Shown here: positions 1-8,700 of the stretch, in pieces
Layout: the number at the start of each line of letters is the position of its first letter
Numbering within the stretch: position 1 is the first letter of the stretch
From: Candidatus Phycocordibacter aenigmaticus
Lineage (GTDB): Bacteria; Patescibacteriota; Minisyncoccia; Phycocordibacterales; Phycocordibacteraceae
DNA: 64,000 nt
NCBI GenBank assembly: GCA_045401115.1
Contig: CP174359.1
Location: 483,247-547,246 of the forward strand
Direction: 5' to 3'
Notes under the pieces: generated by a model
The model's database searches: none
Told to the model about the DNA's origin: nothing
Seen by the model: only the letters and a program-made list of their open reading frames with translations
Made by a program: the position numbers and the translations under genes

Positions 1-150
1 ACACTGCGATGTACCGATCTAGAAGATGAAATAGTGGAGCAGCAAGTAGATGTAAAACTCACTCCAATCTTTAGAGAAATATAGAAACCATATTAGACTC
101 TGTAACAGTAAAGAAAATATTTAGTGCAGGGGCAATGATATAGTATATAA

Positions 151-1131
151 ATGAAGCAAAAAGTGGTTGCAGTATTACGCGGCGGGAAAGGGGATGAGCA
201 TTCTATATCACTTCAATCAGGCGCAGCGATATTACGAGCTCTTTCAGCTCAACAAGAAGAAAGGCAATATTCAGTTGTCGATATTTTTATTGACCAAAAC
301 GGCACGTGGTATGTGCGCGGAGCACCACGTGATCCGTTGCGCGCACTCACTGGTGTTGATGTAGTATGGAACGCACTACACGGTTCTTATGGAGAAGATG
401 GTACAGTGCAACGCATTCTTGATTGCTCCGGAATCCCTTATACAGGCTCAGGATCATATGCTGCTATGGTGAGTTTTAATAAAGCATTAACCAAGCGCAT
501 GCTTGCATCTCAGGACATTCTTATGCCACGCTCAGTTACGTTAGAAGTAACACCTAATCTTGAAAATGAGATACTGACTCAGTTTCGTACATTTTGCCAA
601 CCTTCTATTATTAAACCGGTTGGATGTGGCTCTTCGTTAGGAGTAACGTTAGCGACATCTTTCGATACATTTAGAGAGGGTATTAAAAATGCTTTTAACT
701 ATGCCCCTCAGGTTCTCATTGAGGAATATATATATGGCAAAGAGGCGACATGTGGAGTTATTGATTTTTTTCGGGGACAACATCCATATATACTTCCTCC
801 TGTCGAGATAATGCTTGAAAACAAAGATTCATTTTTTAATTTTGATACAAAATATAACAACAATACATTTGAGAGATGTCCCGGTAATTTTTCTTCAAAG
901 GAATCAGAGCGGATAAAAGATGTTGCCCGCACGGTGCATACTACGCTCGGTCTCCGGGACTATTCGCGGAGTGATTTTATCGTTTCTCCTCGAGGAGTGT
1001 ATTTTCTTGAAGTGAATGCATTACCAGGTACCACTGGAGAATCACTATTTCCAAAATCCCTGAAGGCAGTAGGGAGTTCTTTAGAAGAATTTATCATACA
1101 TGTGCTGGACCTTGCGCTCAAAAGAGGGTAG
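151..1131 (+). CDS. ddl: D-alanine--D-alanine ligase (ATP-grasp)
   Basis: 326-aa ORF. N-terminal Ddl motif 'VAVLRGGKGDEHSISLQSG' and a C-terminal ATP-grasp region 'FLEVNALPGTTGESLFPKS'. Stop TAG at 1129-1131 confirmed by hand. Confidence 0.85.
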   Translation: MKQKVVAVLRGGKGDEHSISLQSGAAILRALSAQQEERQYSVVDIFIDQNGTWYVRGAPRDPLRALTGVDVVWNALHGSYGEDGTVQRILDCSGIPYTGSGSYAAMVSFNKALTKRMLASQDILMPRSVTLEVTPNLENEILTQFRTFCQPSIIKPVGCGSSLGVTLATSFDTFREGIKNAFNYAPQVLIEEYIYGKEATCGVIDFFRGQHPYILPPVEIMLENKDSFFNFDTKYNNNTFERCPGNFSSKESERIKDVARTVHTTLGLRDYSRSDFIVSPRGVYFLEVNALPGTTGESLFPKSLKAVGSSLEEFIIHVLDLALKRG

Positions 1132-1133
1132 GG

Positions 1134-1139
1134 TATAAT
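1134..1139 (+). promoter_or_regulatory. Candidate -10 box (TATAAT) reading into the tRNA locus
   Basis: Perfect TATAAT immediately after the ddl stop, about 20 nt upstream of the tRNA-like sequence. The matching -35 would lie inside ddl and was not convincingly identified. Confidence 0.2.
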
Positions 1140-1159
1140 CGTATCACCCGTTCATTAAT

Positions 1160-1262
1160 GGGCCCTTGGCGCACAGTTGGCTGGGGGTGAAGAAAGCCTG
1201 GGAGGCTTTCGAACCATTTGCACATAGTGCAAATGAGGCACATTTTCGAATATATTGAATTT
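1160..1262 (+). other. Degenerate or rearranged tRNA-Ala-like sequence (possible tRNA pseudogene or structured RNA)
   Basis: 'GGGCCCTTGGCGCACAGTTGGCT' mimics the acceptor and D-arm of the downstream tRNA-Ala ('GGGCCCTTAGCTCAGTTGGCT'). It is followed by a 'GGGGGT...TTCGAACC' T-arm-like segment carrying a roughly 21-nt hairpin insertion (AAAGCC-TGGGA-GGCTTT), then the anticodon-region string 'CATTTGCAC' within a perfect palindrome (CATTTGCAC-ATA-GTGCAAATG). There is no 3' acceptor strand, so it does not fold as a canonical tRNA. Confidence 0.3.
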
Positions 1263-1284
1263 GTGTATGTTACTTTATCGGTAT

Positions 1285-1358
1285 GGGCCCTTAGCTCAGT
1301 TGGCTAGAGCGCCTCATTTGCACTGAGGAGGTCGGGGGTTCGAGTCCTCTAGGGTCCA
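1285..1358 (+). tRNA. tRNA-Ala (anticodon UGC)
   Basis: Cloverleaf read by eye. Acceptor GGGCCCT/AGGGTCC, D-arm 'AGCTCAGTTGGCTAGAGC', anticodon stem CCTCA/TGAGG with loop TTTGCAC (anticodon TGC), T-arm 'GGGGGTTCGAGTCCTC', discriminator A. CCA is not fully encoded (sequence continues 'CAG'). Confidence 0.9.
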
Positions 1359-1366
1359 CAGAAATA

Positions 1367-1396
1367 AAAACCCAACACGAATGTGTTGGGTTTTTT
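1367..1396 (+). terminator. Rho-independent terminator after tRNA-Ala
   Basis: 'AAAACCCAACACGAATGTGTTGGGTTTTTTCT': a 9-bp GC-containing stem followed by a T-run. Confidence 0.7.
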
Positions 1397-1598
1397 CTAT
1401 TTCGTAAGACCCTAGAGGACTCGAAAGACGGAGCCGTGGGCCCCCATTGTGCGGAGTTCCTGGCACAATGGGGCGGCGAGTCCGGGCAGGAGGTCGTTAT
1501 GAGCGGAGCGAATTACGAACCTGAGGCCGAGTCCTCTACCGATACGAACCAGCAAAAAGTCCACTATTCTTGGACAATCCTCTAGGGTCCACCATTGC

Positions 1599-1632
1599 CA
1601 AAATATCCCGAGTTTTTGCTCGGGATATTTTT
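1599..1632. terminator. Terminator-like perfect hairpin (possibly bidirectional)
   Basis: 12-13 bp perfect stem 'AAATATCCCGAG/CTCGGGATATTT' with loop TTTTTG, flanked by A/T runs on both sides. Confidence 0.45.
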
Positions 1633-1767
1633 GTAATGTAGGGATGCTTGGTAGAGGACTCGAAAGACACACCACAAGGGCACTTCTTGTTTTGGAACTT
1701 GACGTCGAGTCCTCTGGAATTCATCAGTATGAATTGACTTTTTTATAATTTATTATATACATATAGT

Positions 1768-1926
1768 ATGTCTGAAACTAGAAAAGAAATGCCGCTCACC
1801 GGTTTCGGGGGATATTATGAAGAATATCCTGATAGTTCAGATACACCTCTTGTAGAAGGAGGTGTCCTTCAAGCAATTATTGAGTATCTAAAATCAATAG
1901 TTGCAAATGACAACAGGCCCACTTGA
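1768..1926 (+). CDS. Small hypothetical protein (52 aa), below the ORF-track threshold
   Basis: Hand-translated: MSETRKEMPLTGFGGYYEEYPDSSDTPLVEGGVLQAIIEYLKSIVANDNRPT*. No obvious ribosome-binding site and no recognisable family. Confidence 0.2.
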   Translation: MSETRKEMPLTGFGGYYEEYPDSSDTPLVEGGVLQAIIEYLKSIVANDNRPT

Positions 1927-2088
1927 TCCTGATAAACATTGTTTTTAATGAGAAACAAAAAACGCCGTAATTTTTATAAAAAGGTTATTGGCAAAGAATC
2001 TTAGGTTATATACCGGTGCTTTAGTAGATGTTGATTACCGTATTTTTCAAGCAAAAATAAGGTACTATAAGAAGTATATACAGCATTA

Positions 2089-4464
2089 GTGCAAAAGATA
2101 CTTATTTCTATGGAAAAAATTGTTTATTTTACGTTTTTATTTTTAATACTTTCTTCACCTCAATCAGTGTTTGCAGTAAATTGTGTGACACTAGATAATA
2201 ACTTGTATCTTGGTGCGCGAGATAATAGCGTTGTGCTTTTGCAGTCATTCCTAGAATCAACAGGAGATTACACAGAGACACCAATTCATGGTTATTTTGG
2301 TCTCGCGACACAGCGCGCCGTAGAACACTTTCAAAAAAGAAACGGGATTGTCTCAGGTGGTAATCCAATAACAACCGGATATGGTGCTGTAGGGCCTGTA
2401 ACAAGAAAAGCAATAAACGAATATTGTTTAAATACAACATCTTCAGTTGATGTGTCTTCAACACCTGACATCACTGTGTCAACGTCATCAGTAACCCCTG
2501 CTCAATCACTGTCTCCAAGTACGAGCGAACTACCTATTACAAGAACACTCACTATGCGTTCTAGAGGGGTAGATGTACAAGCGTTGCAGGAGTTTTTAAA
2601 GAAAGAGGGGGATTATACATATCCTGAAGTGACCGGTTATTTTGGTCCGGTCACACAAGAAGCAGTACAAAAATTTCAAGCACGCACCGGTATTGTAAGC
2701 AGCGGTTCGCCCCAAACAACAGGCTATGGACTCGTTGGTCCTTCCACTCGTCGCGCATTAGCGCAAGCAATGTCGGAATCAACATCAACAGGACCTTCCT
2801 CAGTGAGCGTAGCAGATTCTACACCGCAGCCAATCAATATTACACCCACCACGCCGCCTATAGACCCGATCTTGCCTCCCGAACTTGATGTGCAAGTACA
2901 ACTCACTACTTCCTCATCTATTGCTGCTGCAGGAGAATCAATAAAATTTACTTGGATTTCAGATAGTGCGCTAGTGTGTAGCCAGCCAATACGAGCGAAT
3001 GAAAAAGGGAATATTGATTGGCATAAGCACCTTAAATACTCAAAGGGTCAGACGCAAGGGTCAGCAATGGTCGTACCATATCCACTTCCGGAATGGCAAG
3101 ACTTTAATGGAGCTGCGCGATATGAATGGATGATTGGTTGTCGTGGATTTTTAAATCCTGATCAAGTTGTAACCTCAGCGGTTCCTATTGAATTTAAAAA
3201 AGAAGAGCCGAAAGCAGGCTTAGACGCGCACCTTACTTCTGGTGAGGCTCCACTGACGGTTAATTTCTCTGCTAATCTTGAAGAAATTTTAGGAACACAG
3301 CGTGGCGGAGCTATTGAGTTAGATTTCGGTGACGGACAGATAGGTACGCTATGTAAAACATATTCGTCTGGTGTAGCCGCGTGTACACCTTCATGGATAG
3401 GGTCACATGTTTATAAAGATGCGGGGACCTATGTTGCAAAATTGATATGGCAATATGAATCTGGTGGTTCTTTTATCCTCGACACAGTAAAGATTGTGGT
3501 GAATTCGCAAAAAACTCCTCAGCAAAACCTGATTATTAATGGTTTTAATGTTTATTCTCCCGACATGGTATTGAGGGAAAAGGAATCACTGAAAATGTAT
3601 TTTGGTGGTTGGATGAGTCAAGGACAGCGACACGATGACATCTACCTTGCAGATTGTGTTTGGGATGGTTCGTCATGTTCTAATATTCGCACAGTTATTA
3701 GTGCCACTACGCAAGGTTTTAACCATCTCAACAACCCGTCAATAGTGCGTCTTGTTGATTCTGCAAACACTGGCCGTGCGTATTACATTATGTACCTAAC
3801 TGGTGTTGAGCAAGGTGAAAATGGTTTTGTGCCAGGAAACAATCACCTTTATTATTCAACATCTTGGGCAGATAATGGTGTAAATTGGTCAAAACCTCAG
3901 TTGCTACTAAAAAGTCATTGGCTCCCTTCCGCGATAGTAAAAGAAAATGGCGAAGTTGAATTGTATGCAAACGACAATACTATTCATGGTGGGGTAGTTA
4001 AAATTAATCTCGGTACGTCAGGAGTTAACGTTGGCACTATTGAACGCGTGTCATATGGTACTGAAGGACACTTTGCAAATGTAGATGTTGAATACGATTT
4101 TAATGATAAGCAATATCATATCGTAGCGGAACGTATGGATGCAAAAAGTTCCATCGATAGGTTCACCAGTCGCGATGGTGTTAACTGGAATCTAACGCAT
4201 AAAAAGATTATCAGTGCAGATACTGATCAATATCGTGTAGGAACACCGACCTTCCATCCAAGTAAACGAGAGATACTCTTCTTTGGTTCAACAGCAAAGG
4301 AAAATTCTACAGGCTTTAAAATTCGTTCAATGGATACCACGGGTCTGAATACTTCATTGACCTCTTTCATTAAAGATATAAATGAATTATTTGTGAATGC
4401 ATTTCAACGAGGGGTGAGTTCTTTAGCAAATTCTTTCTCAGCAATTTTATTGATGGGTTGTTAA
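2089..4464 (+). CDS. Secreted multidomain cell-wall-associated protein: signal peptide, two peptidoglycan-binding (PG_binding_1-like) repeats, Ser/Thr/Pro-rich linkers, a PKD-like domain and a C-terminal beta-rich (BNR/sialidase-like?) region
   Basis: N-terminus 'FTFLFLILSSPQSVFA' looks like a signal peptide. Two repeats 'L..G.RD..V..LQ.FL...GDYT....GYFG..T..AV..FQ...GI' at about aa 40-110 and 155-225. PKD-like motif 'LDFGDGQ...HVYKDAGTYVAKL'. BNR-like 'STSWADNGVNWS'. Translation may start at the internal Met at 2110. Confidence 0.55.
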   Translation: MQKILISMEKIVYFTFLFLILSSPQSVFAVNCVTLDNNLYLGARDNSVVLLQSFLESTGDYTETPIHGYFGLATQRAVEHFQKRNGIVSGGNPITTGYGAVGPVTRKAINEYCLNTTSSVDVSSTPDITVSTSSVTPAQSLSPSTSELPITRTLTMRSRGVDVQALQEFLKKEGDYTYPEVTGYFGPVTQEAVQKFQARTGIVSSGSPQTTGYGLVGPSTRRALAQAMSESTSTGPSSVSVADSTPQPINITPTTPPIDPILPPELDVQVQLTTSSSIAAAGESIKFTWISDSALVCSQPIRANEKGNIDWHKHLKYSKGQTQGSAMVVPYPLPEWQDFNGAARYEWMIGCRGFLNPDQVVTSAVPIEFKKEEPKAGLDAHLTSGEAPLTVNFSANLEEILGTQRGGAIELDFGDGQIGTLCKTYSSGVAACTPSWIGSHVYKDAGTYVAKLIWQYESGGSFILDTVKIVVNSQKTPQQNLIINGFNVYSPDMVLREKESLKMYFGGWMSQGQRHDDIYLADCVWDGSSCSNIRTVISATTQGFNHLNNPSIVRLVDSANTGRAYYIMYLTGVEQGENGFVPGNNHLYYSTSWADNGVNWSKPQLLLKSHWLPSAIVKENGEVELYANDNTIHGGVVKINLGTSGVNVGTIERVSYGTEGHFANVDVEYDFNDKQYHIVAERMDAKSSIDRFTSRDGVNWNLTHKKIISADTDQYRVGTPTFHPSKREILFFGSTAKENSTGFKIRSMDTTGLNTSLTSFIKDINELFVNAFQRGVSSLANSFSAILLMGC

Positions 4465-4468
4465 AAAA

Positions 4469-5053
4469 ATGATTGCTATTGATACAGAATATATTCCAGA
4501 AACTGCTTCAGAAGATGTTATTCCTTCCCAAAGGCCAGATGTAACTAAAGTGTATTGTGAGATTATCCAAATTGGTGCGGTCAGATTAAATGAAGAGGGC
4601 AAGGAAACCGAAGCCTTAAATATAACTGTTTCTCCCTCTTTTATTTTTTCACTACCTAAGTGGCTTAAGGATATGACCGGGATGACAGACGAGAAAAGAC
4701 AACAAGGGATCTCATTTAAGGACGCAATACAAAAGCTGAACGATTTTATAGGAGAAGATAAAAATATCTGGACATTTAATGGGGACTGGTTTGTCTTTAT
4801 TAAAAATGCCGAAAAACACAATGTAGAGCTTCCTTTTTCTAAGTTTAAGCGAGTACTACCTAAATTACAGGAATGGGGTGTGACCTTAGAGGGTTTTCAA
4901 AACATTGGTTCTAAAGAAGTGTGTAGTGGTGACTTATACAAAGTATTAGGCATAAAACTCCCTAACATAGAAGGAGTTGGGACTCATGATGCTACTCATG
5001 ATGCTCGGAGCCTAGCTCATTCAGTTTACTTTTTAGAGAAAAAGCACGGTTAG
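4469..5053 (+). CDS. DEDDh-family 3'-5' exonuclease (DnaQ/oligoribonuclease-like)
   Basis: Exo motif I 'IAIDTEY' (the DxE acidic pair) and motif III 'HDATHDARSLAHS' (H-x4-D). Paralogous to the ORF at 62561-63169. Confidence 0.6.
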   Translation: MIAIDTEYIPETASEDVIPSQRPDVTKVYCEIIQIGAVRLNEEGKETEALNITVSPSFIFSLPKWLKDMTGMTDEKRQQGISFKDAIQKLNDFIGEDKNIWTFNGDWFVFIKNAEKHNVELPFSKFKRVLPKLQEWGVTLEGFQNIGSKEVCSGDLYKVLGIKLPNIEGVGTHDATHDARSLAHSVYFLEKKHG

Positions 5054-5078
5054 TTGTCATTGCTAAAAGATTGCTAAC

Positions 5079-5534
5079 TTGACAAATTTGCATTATGTTA
5101 GTATAACATTTTTATATATGAGCTCTGAAAAGTTCACCTCTGCTGCTGAGAGCAGTATGCCAAGATTATGGACAAAGTACGAAGCTCCTGAAAAACGTAT
5201 CGAGCTTATCGTGAAAGGAGAGTGTGTTGGATATGCAATTCTTATATCTCACCAAGAACCGTTTAGGTTCTATTATGTTGATGAAGTTTTTGTCGATAAG
5301 AAAGAGCGGGGGAAATCGTATGGCTCTAAGTTAGTGCGTAAAATAAATTCCTTTTTGGGTAGAAAAAATGCTGCGGGTATCCTTATGAACGCCATACATC
5401 CAGATGATCCTACATATAATTTATATAGTAACTATGGTTGGCAAGAAGTTCCCGAATTTCATGGTTATTATATGTATGGCAGAAAAAACCATCATACAGG
5501 TAAAAAGGTGTGCGAAGCTATAAACAACATATGA
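5079..5534 (+). CDS. GNAT-family N-acetyltransferase (putative)
   Basis: Motif A-like 'VFVDKKERGKSYGSKLV' (R-x-x-G-x-G/S) and size typical of GNATs. Start may be the internal Met (MSSEKF, about 5121). Confidence 0.45.
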   Translation: MTNLHYVSITFLYMSSEKFTSAAESSMPRLWTKYEAPEKRIELIVKGECVGYAILISHQEPFRFYYVDEVFVDKKERGKSYGSKLVRKINSFLGRKNAAGILMNAIHPDDPTYNLYSNYGWQEVPEFHGYYMYGRKNHHTGKKVCEAINNI

Positions 5535-5648
5535 GTTTTGAAAACCCTGACAATACTGACAAGCATATGTGCTCAGATTTTGAAACGATTTGGGAAAGTA
5601 GTGTTGCTCATCAGCGATGTCGTGTGTGCGGTAAACGTTCATAATAGA

Positions 5649-5685
5649 AAATAACTCACCGTAGTGAGTTATTTTTAAAAACACC
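5649..5685 (+). terminator. Rho-independent terminator after the GNAT gene
   Basis: 'AAAATAACTCACCGTAGTGAGTTATTTTTAAAAAC': stem ATAACTCAC/GTGAGTTAT followed by a T-run. Confidence 0.55.
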
Positions 5686-5703
5686 ACGATCAATCGTAGT
5701 GTT

Positions 5704-8700
5704 TTATTTTTGTTTTACTCGTTTTAATTCTCGGCGGTATGAAAGAAGTGGAATAAAAACAAGTGTGAGTACGGTGCCATAAAGAAGTCCAAAGGCGATA
5801 GTGAATGCAAGTGGTGCCCACATGGCATCAACAAAAACGAGTGGAATCATACCAACTACGGTAGTGACGGTAGTTAGAAGAATAGGACGTACACGGCTTT
5901 CGGCGGTATCGAGGACAAGGTCATGAGGGGTAATGTCGGGATTTTCTCGATAACGAGTGTTCATTGCATCCAATAACAAGATTCCGTGATTAATAATCAC
6001 ACCAGCAAGGGCGATAATCCCGAGAAAGGCAGTAAATGAAAGCGGTTGTCCAGTAAGCCAAAGCCCCCAGAGTACGCCGGTAAGTGAAAGGGGAATTGCA
6101 GACAGGAGACGTAATGCTCGTGAGAATGTATTAAACTCAAGTACAAGAATAGCAAACATGAGCACTAACCCCGCTCCAAGTGCAACAAGCATCTCAGTAA
6201 ATGTTTTTTGTATTTCTTCGTCTTCGCCGCCATAGGTAAGATGTACTCCTTCTGGAAGTTCAAGTTGTTCCGCAGCATTACGCACGGCGTTGGTAACCTC
6301 AATAACATTCGCGTTTTCAGTAACATAGCTATGCACTGAACCAATACGCATACCATTTTCATGACTAATAGCGGCGCTGGTACGATCAGCAGTAATGGTA
6401 GTGAGAGAGCCAAGCGGAACAGTTCCTCGTGAGGTTGCAATAGGGATATTTCGTATTTCATCCGCACCGGCAATGGTCGTATCTTCGGGTCCGATAAAGT
6501 TTGGATTGAGGTCAAACATAACTCGCACTTCGAGGTCGTTTCCTTCGATGCGTACTTTAGTTGCTTCAACTCCAGCGACTGCAGCGCGAAGTGTTGAGGC
6601 GATATCAGTGGTTGAGAGACCATATTCATTTGCCGCATCTCGATCAATGCTTATCTGTAACTCCGTACCATCATTAGCAAGTGAAGAAGTAATATCGCGG
6701 GTTCCAGATGTATCCTCGAGCACATTCTCTATCATTTCTGTTGCAAGTGCGAGTTTATCAGTATCATTGCTCCAAATTTTAACTACAATCGGAGCTCCTG
6801 ATGGCGGGCCACCATCAACATCAAACACTGATACATTTGCGTTACCAAAATCAGTCAATGCAATATCCCGACGAAGTTTATCGGTTATTTCAAGGCTTGA
6901 AAGATCACCTCGGTTTTCTTTTAGATTAACCGTAATATTTGCATATTTTGTACCAGCACCAGGACTGTTTTGATTAAATACGCTTGCTGCGCCAACTGTG
7001 GTAGTGAGTGATTCGAGATATGGAATTTCAGATGCAATAGATTCAACATGACGAGCTACCGCATCAGTTTCAGTAAGTGCCGTAGCTTGAGGGAGCTCTA
7101 CTTCTATATAAAAGAGGTTGTAATCAGAAGGAGGGAACATGGCAACCTTAAGCGCACCAGTGACAGGAAGTGCAAGGGCGCCCACGAAAAATATTGCGAG
7201 AACACCATAAAAGAGCCATTGCATGCGGCGGTGGGCGAAAAGCAACTGCATATGTTTTCGGTACCAGGCACTAATAGAGCGCCAAAGACGTTCACGCTTT
7301 ACTGCAAAGGATGATTTTTCATGCTTGATTAAATGGAGCGCGATAGATGGCACGAACCCGAGCGATACAATAATCGAAGCAATAAGCACAACGACGATAG
7401 TAAAAGGAATTGATTTAATAAACTCACCAATGATACCTGAGAGGAAAAATAGGGGAATGAATACTGCTACTGTTGTCATAGTGCCGGCAATTAATGGCCA
7501 TCCGAAATCGCGTATCGCTTTACGAGCTGCAGCGTATCGGTCAAGACCGTTTTCACGATTAGTATGGATGCCTTCAACCACAACAATGCCTGAGTCAACT
7601 AAAATACCGATGGCAATAATAAGTGAAAACAGAGAAATAAAGTTAATAGTATTACCGGTTGCAAACATCCCTAAAAACGCAATCATAAAAGAGAAGGGAA
7701 TTGCCATAGCGGCAACAAGTGCGTCTTTAAAACCAATTGCAATAAAGAGCACTAACATAACCAAGAGCACTGTCTGTAGTCCTGATGTTGAAAGGTCAGT
7801 AATAGATGTTCTTACTTCGTCTGCGGTGTCATAGGTAATAACAGCTGTTGATCCTGTAAGAAGTGTCTCTTCAAGTTCTTTAAGACGGTCCTTAACACGA
7901 TTTGATACTTCGATGATACTGTCACTTGATGATTTATAGATATTAAGAGAGAGTGCAAATTGCGAATCTTTTCCTTCTACTTTAATACGTGATATTGATG
8001 AGGTGTCTTGAAAACCATCGATGATTGTTGCAATATCGGCAACAGTAATTTCACCGGTTGGAGTCGCAATTGGTGTGGTGCGTATGTCTTCAATATCAGT
8101 AATTTTCCCTTCAAATTGAATTGGATAATTCACATCATCTATAGTGATAGTGCCGGCGGGCGCTGATGCATTTGCATTACGAAGTGCGCTTATGACCTGT
8201 TCAACTCGAATATTGTGTTGTGCCAGTGAATTTTTATGGACGATAATAGAAATTTGTCGGGCGCGCGTTCCTGCCACTTCAACTTTTGAAACTCCTTGTA
8301 TAGCAATGAGTTCATCTTGTAAATCTTCTCCGAGCTGTGTGAGAGCCTCAGGAGCAAGATCAGTTCCCACGCCAACCATAAGGATTGGTTGATTTTGAAA
8401 ATCAAATTTAGTTACCGTTGGCACTTCTGCATCTGAAGGAAGTTCAGCACGTGCACCTTCAACTGCATTGCGTAGATCTTGAATTGATGAATCAATGTCG
8501 GCACTTGCCACAAACTGTGCAGTAATAACTGATACACCGGAGCGCGATGATGAAGTTACTTCATCAATATTTGCCACATTACGTATTGATGGTTCAAGTT
8601 TGTCAGTAACGAGTTGCTCAACATCAGATGCGGTTGCTCCAGGAAGTACAGTAGTCACTATACCGATGGGGACGACAACTTCAGGGCTTGATTCTTTTGG

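Larger units (their letters stand above)
1339..1720. repeat. Cluster of tRNA-Ala 3'-end-derived repeats (core GAGTCCTCT / AGAGGACTC) in alternating orientation with interspersed perfect hairpins
   Basis: tRNA 1339-1356 'TTCGAGTCCTCTAGGGTC' has a perfect inverted copy at 1408-1425. Direct copies lie at 1528-1538 ('CGAGTCCTCTA'), 1578-1592 ('TCCTCTAGGGTCCAC', the tRNA 3' terminus) and 1706-1715 ('CGAGTCCTCT'). A second inverted copy at 1652-1668 ('TAGAGGACTCGAAAGAC') is identical to 1413-1429. Perfect hairpins sit at 1442-1473 (CCCCATTGTGC...GCACAATGGGG) and 1599-1632 (AAATATCCCGAG-TTTTTG-CTCGGGATATTT). Confidence 0.7.

Noticed and set aside
1412-1724. Minus-strand ORFs 1412-1675 and 1536-1724 across the tRNA-repeat cluster.
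   Set aside because: They span repeats and hairpins and have no start context. They more likely reflect the absence of stops in a structured non-coding region.
6165-7834. Several ORFs of 60-200 aa antisense to or out of frame with the RND permease gene (6165-6647 -, 6395-6973 +, 7048-7314 +, 7223-7834 +).
   Set aside because: They lie entirely within a well-supported 1031-aa AcrB-like CDS, have biased low-complexity composition (Ser/Ala/Arg-rich) and no motifs. They are typical shadow ORFs.
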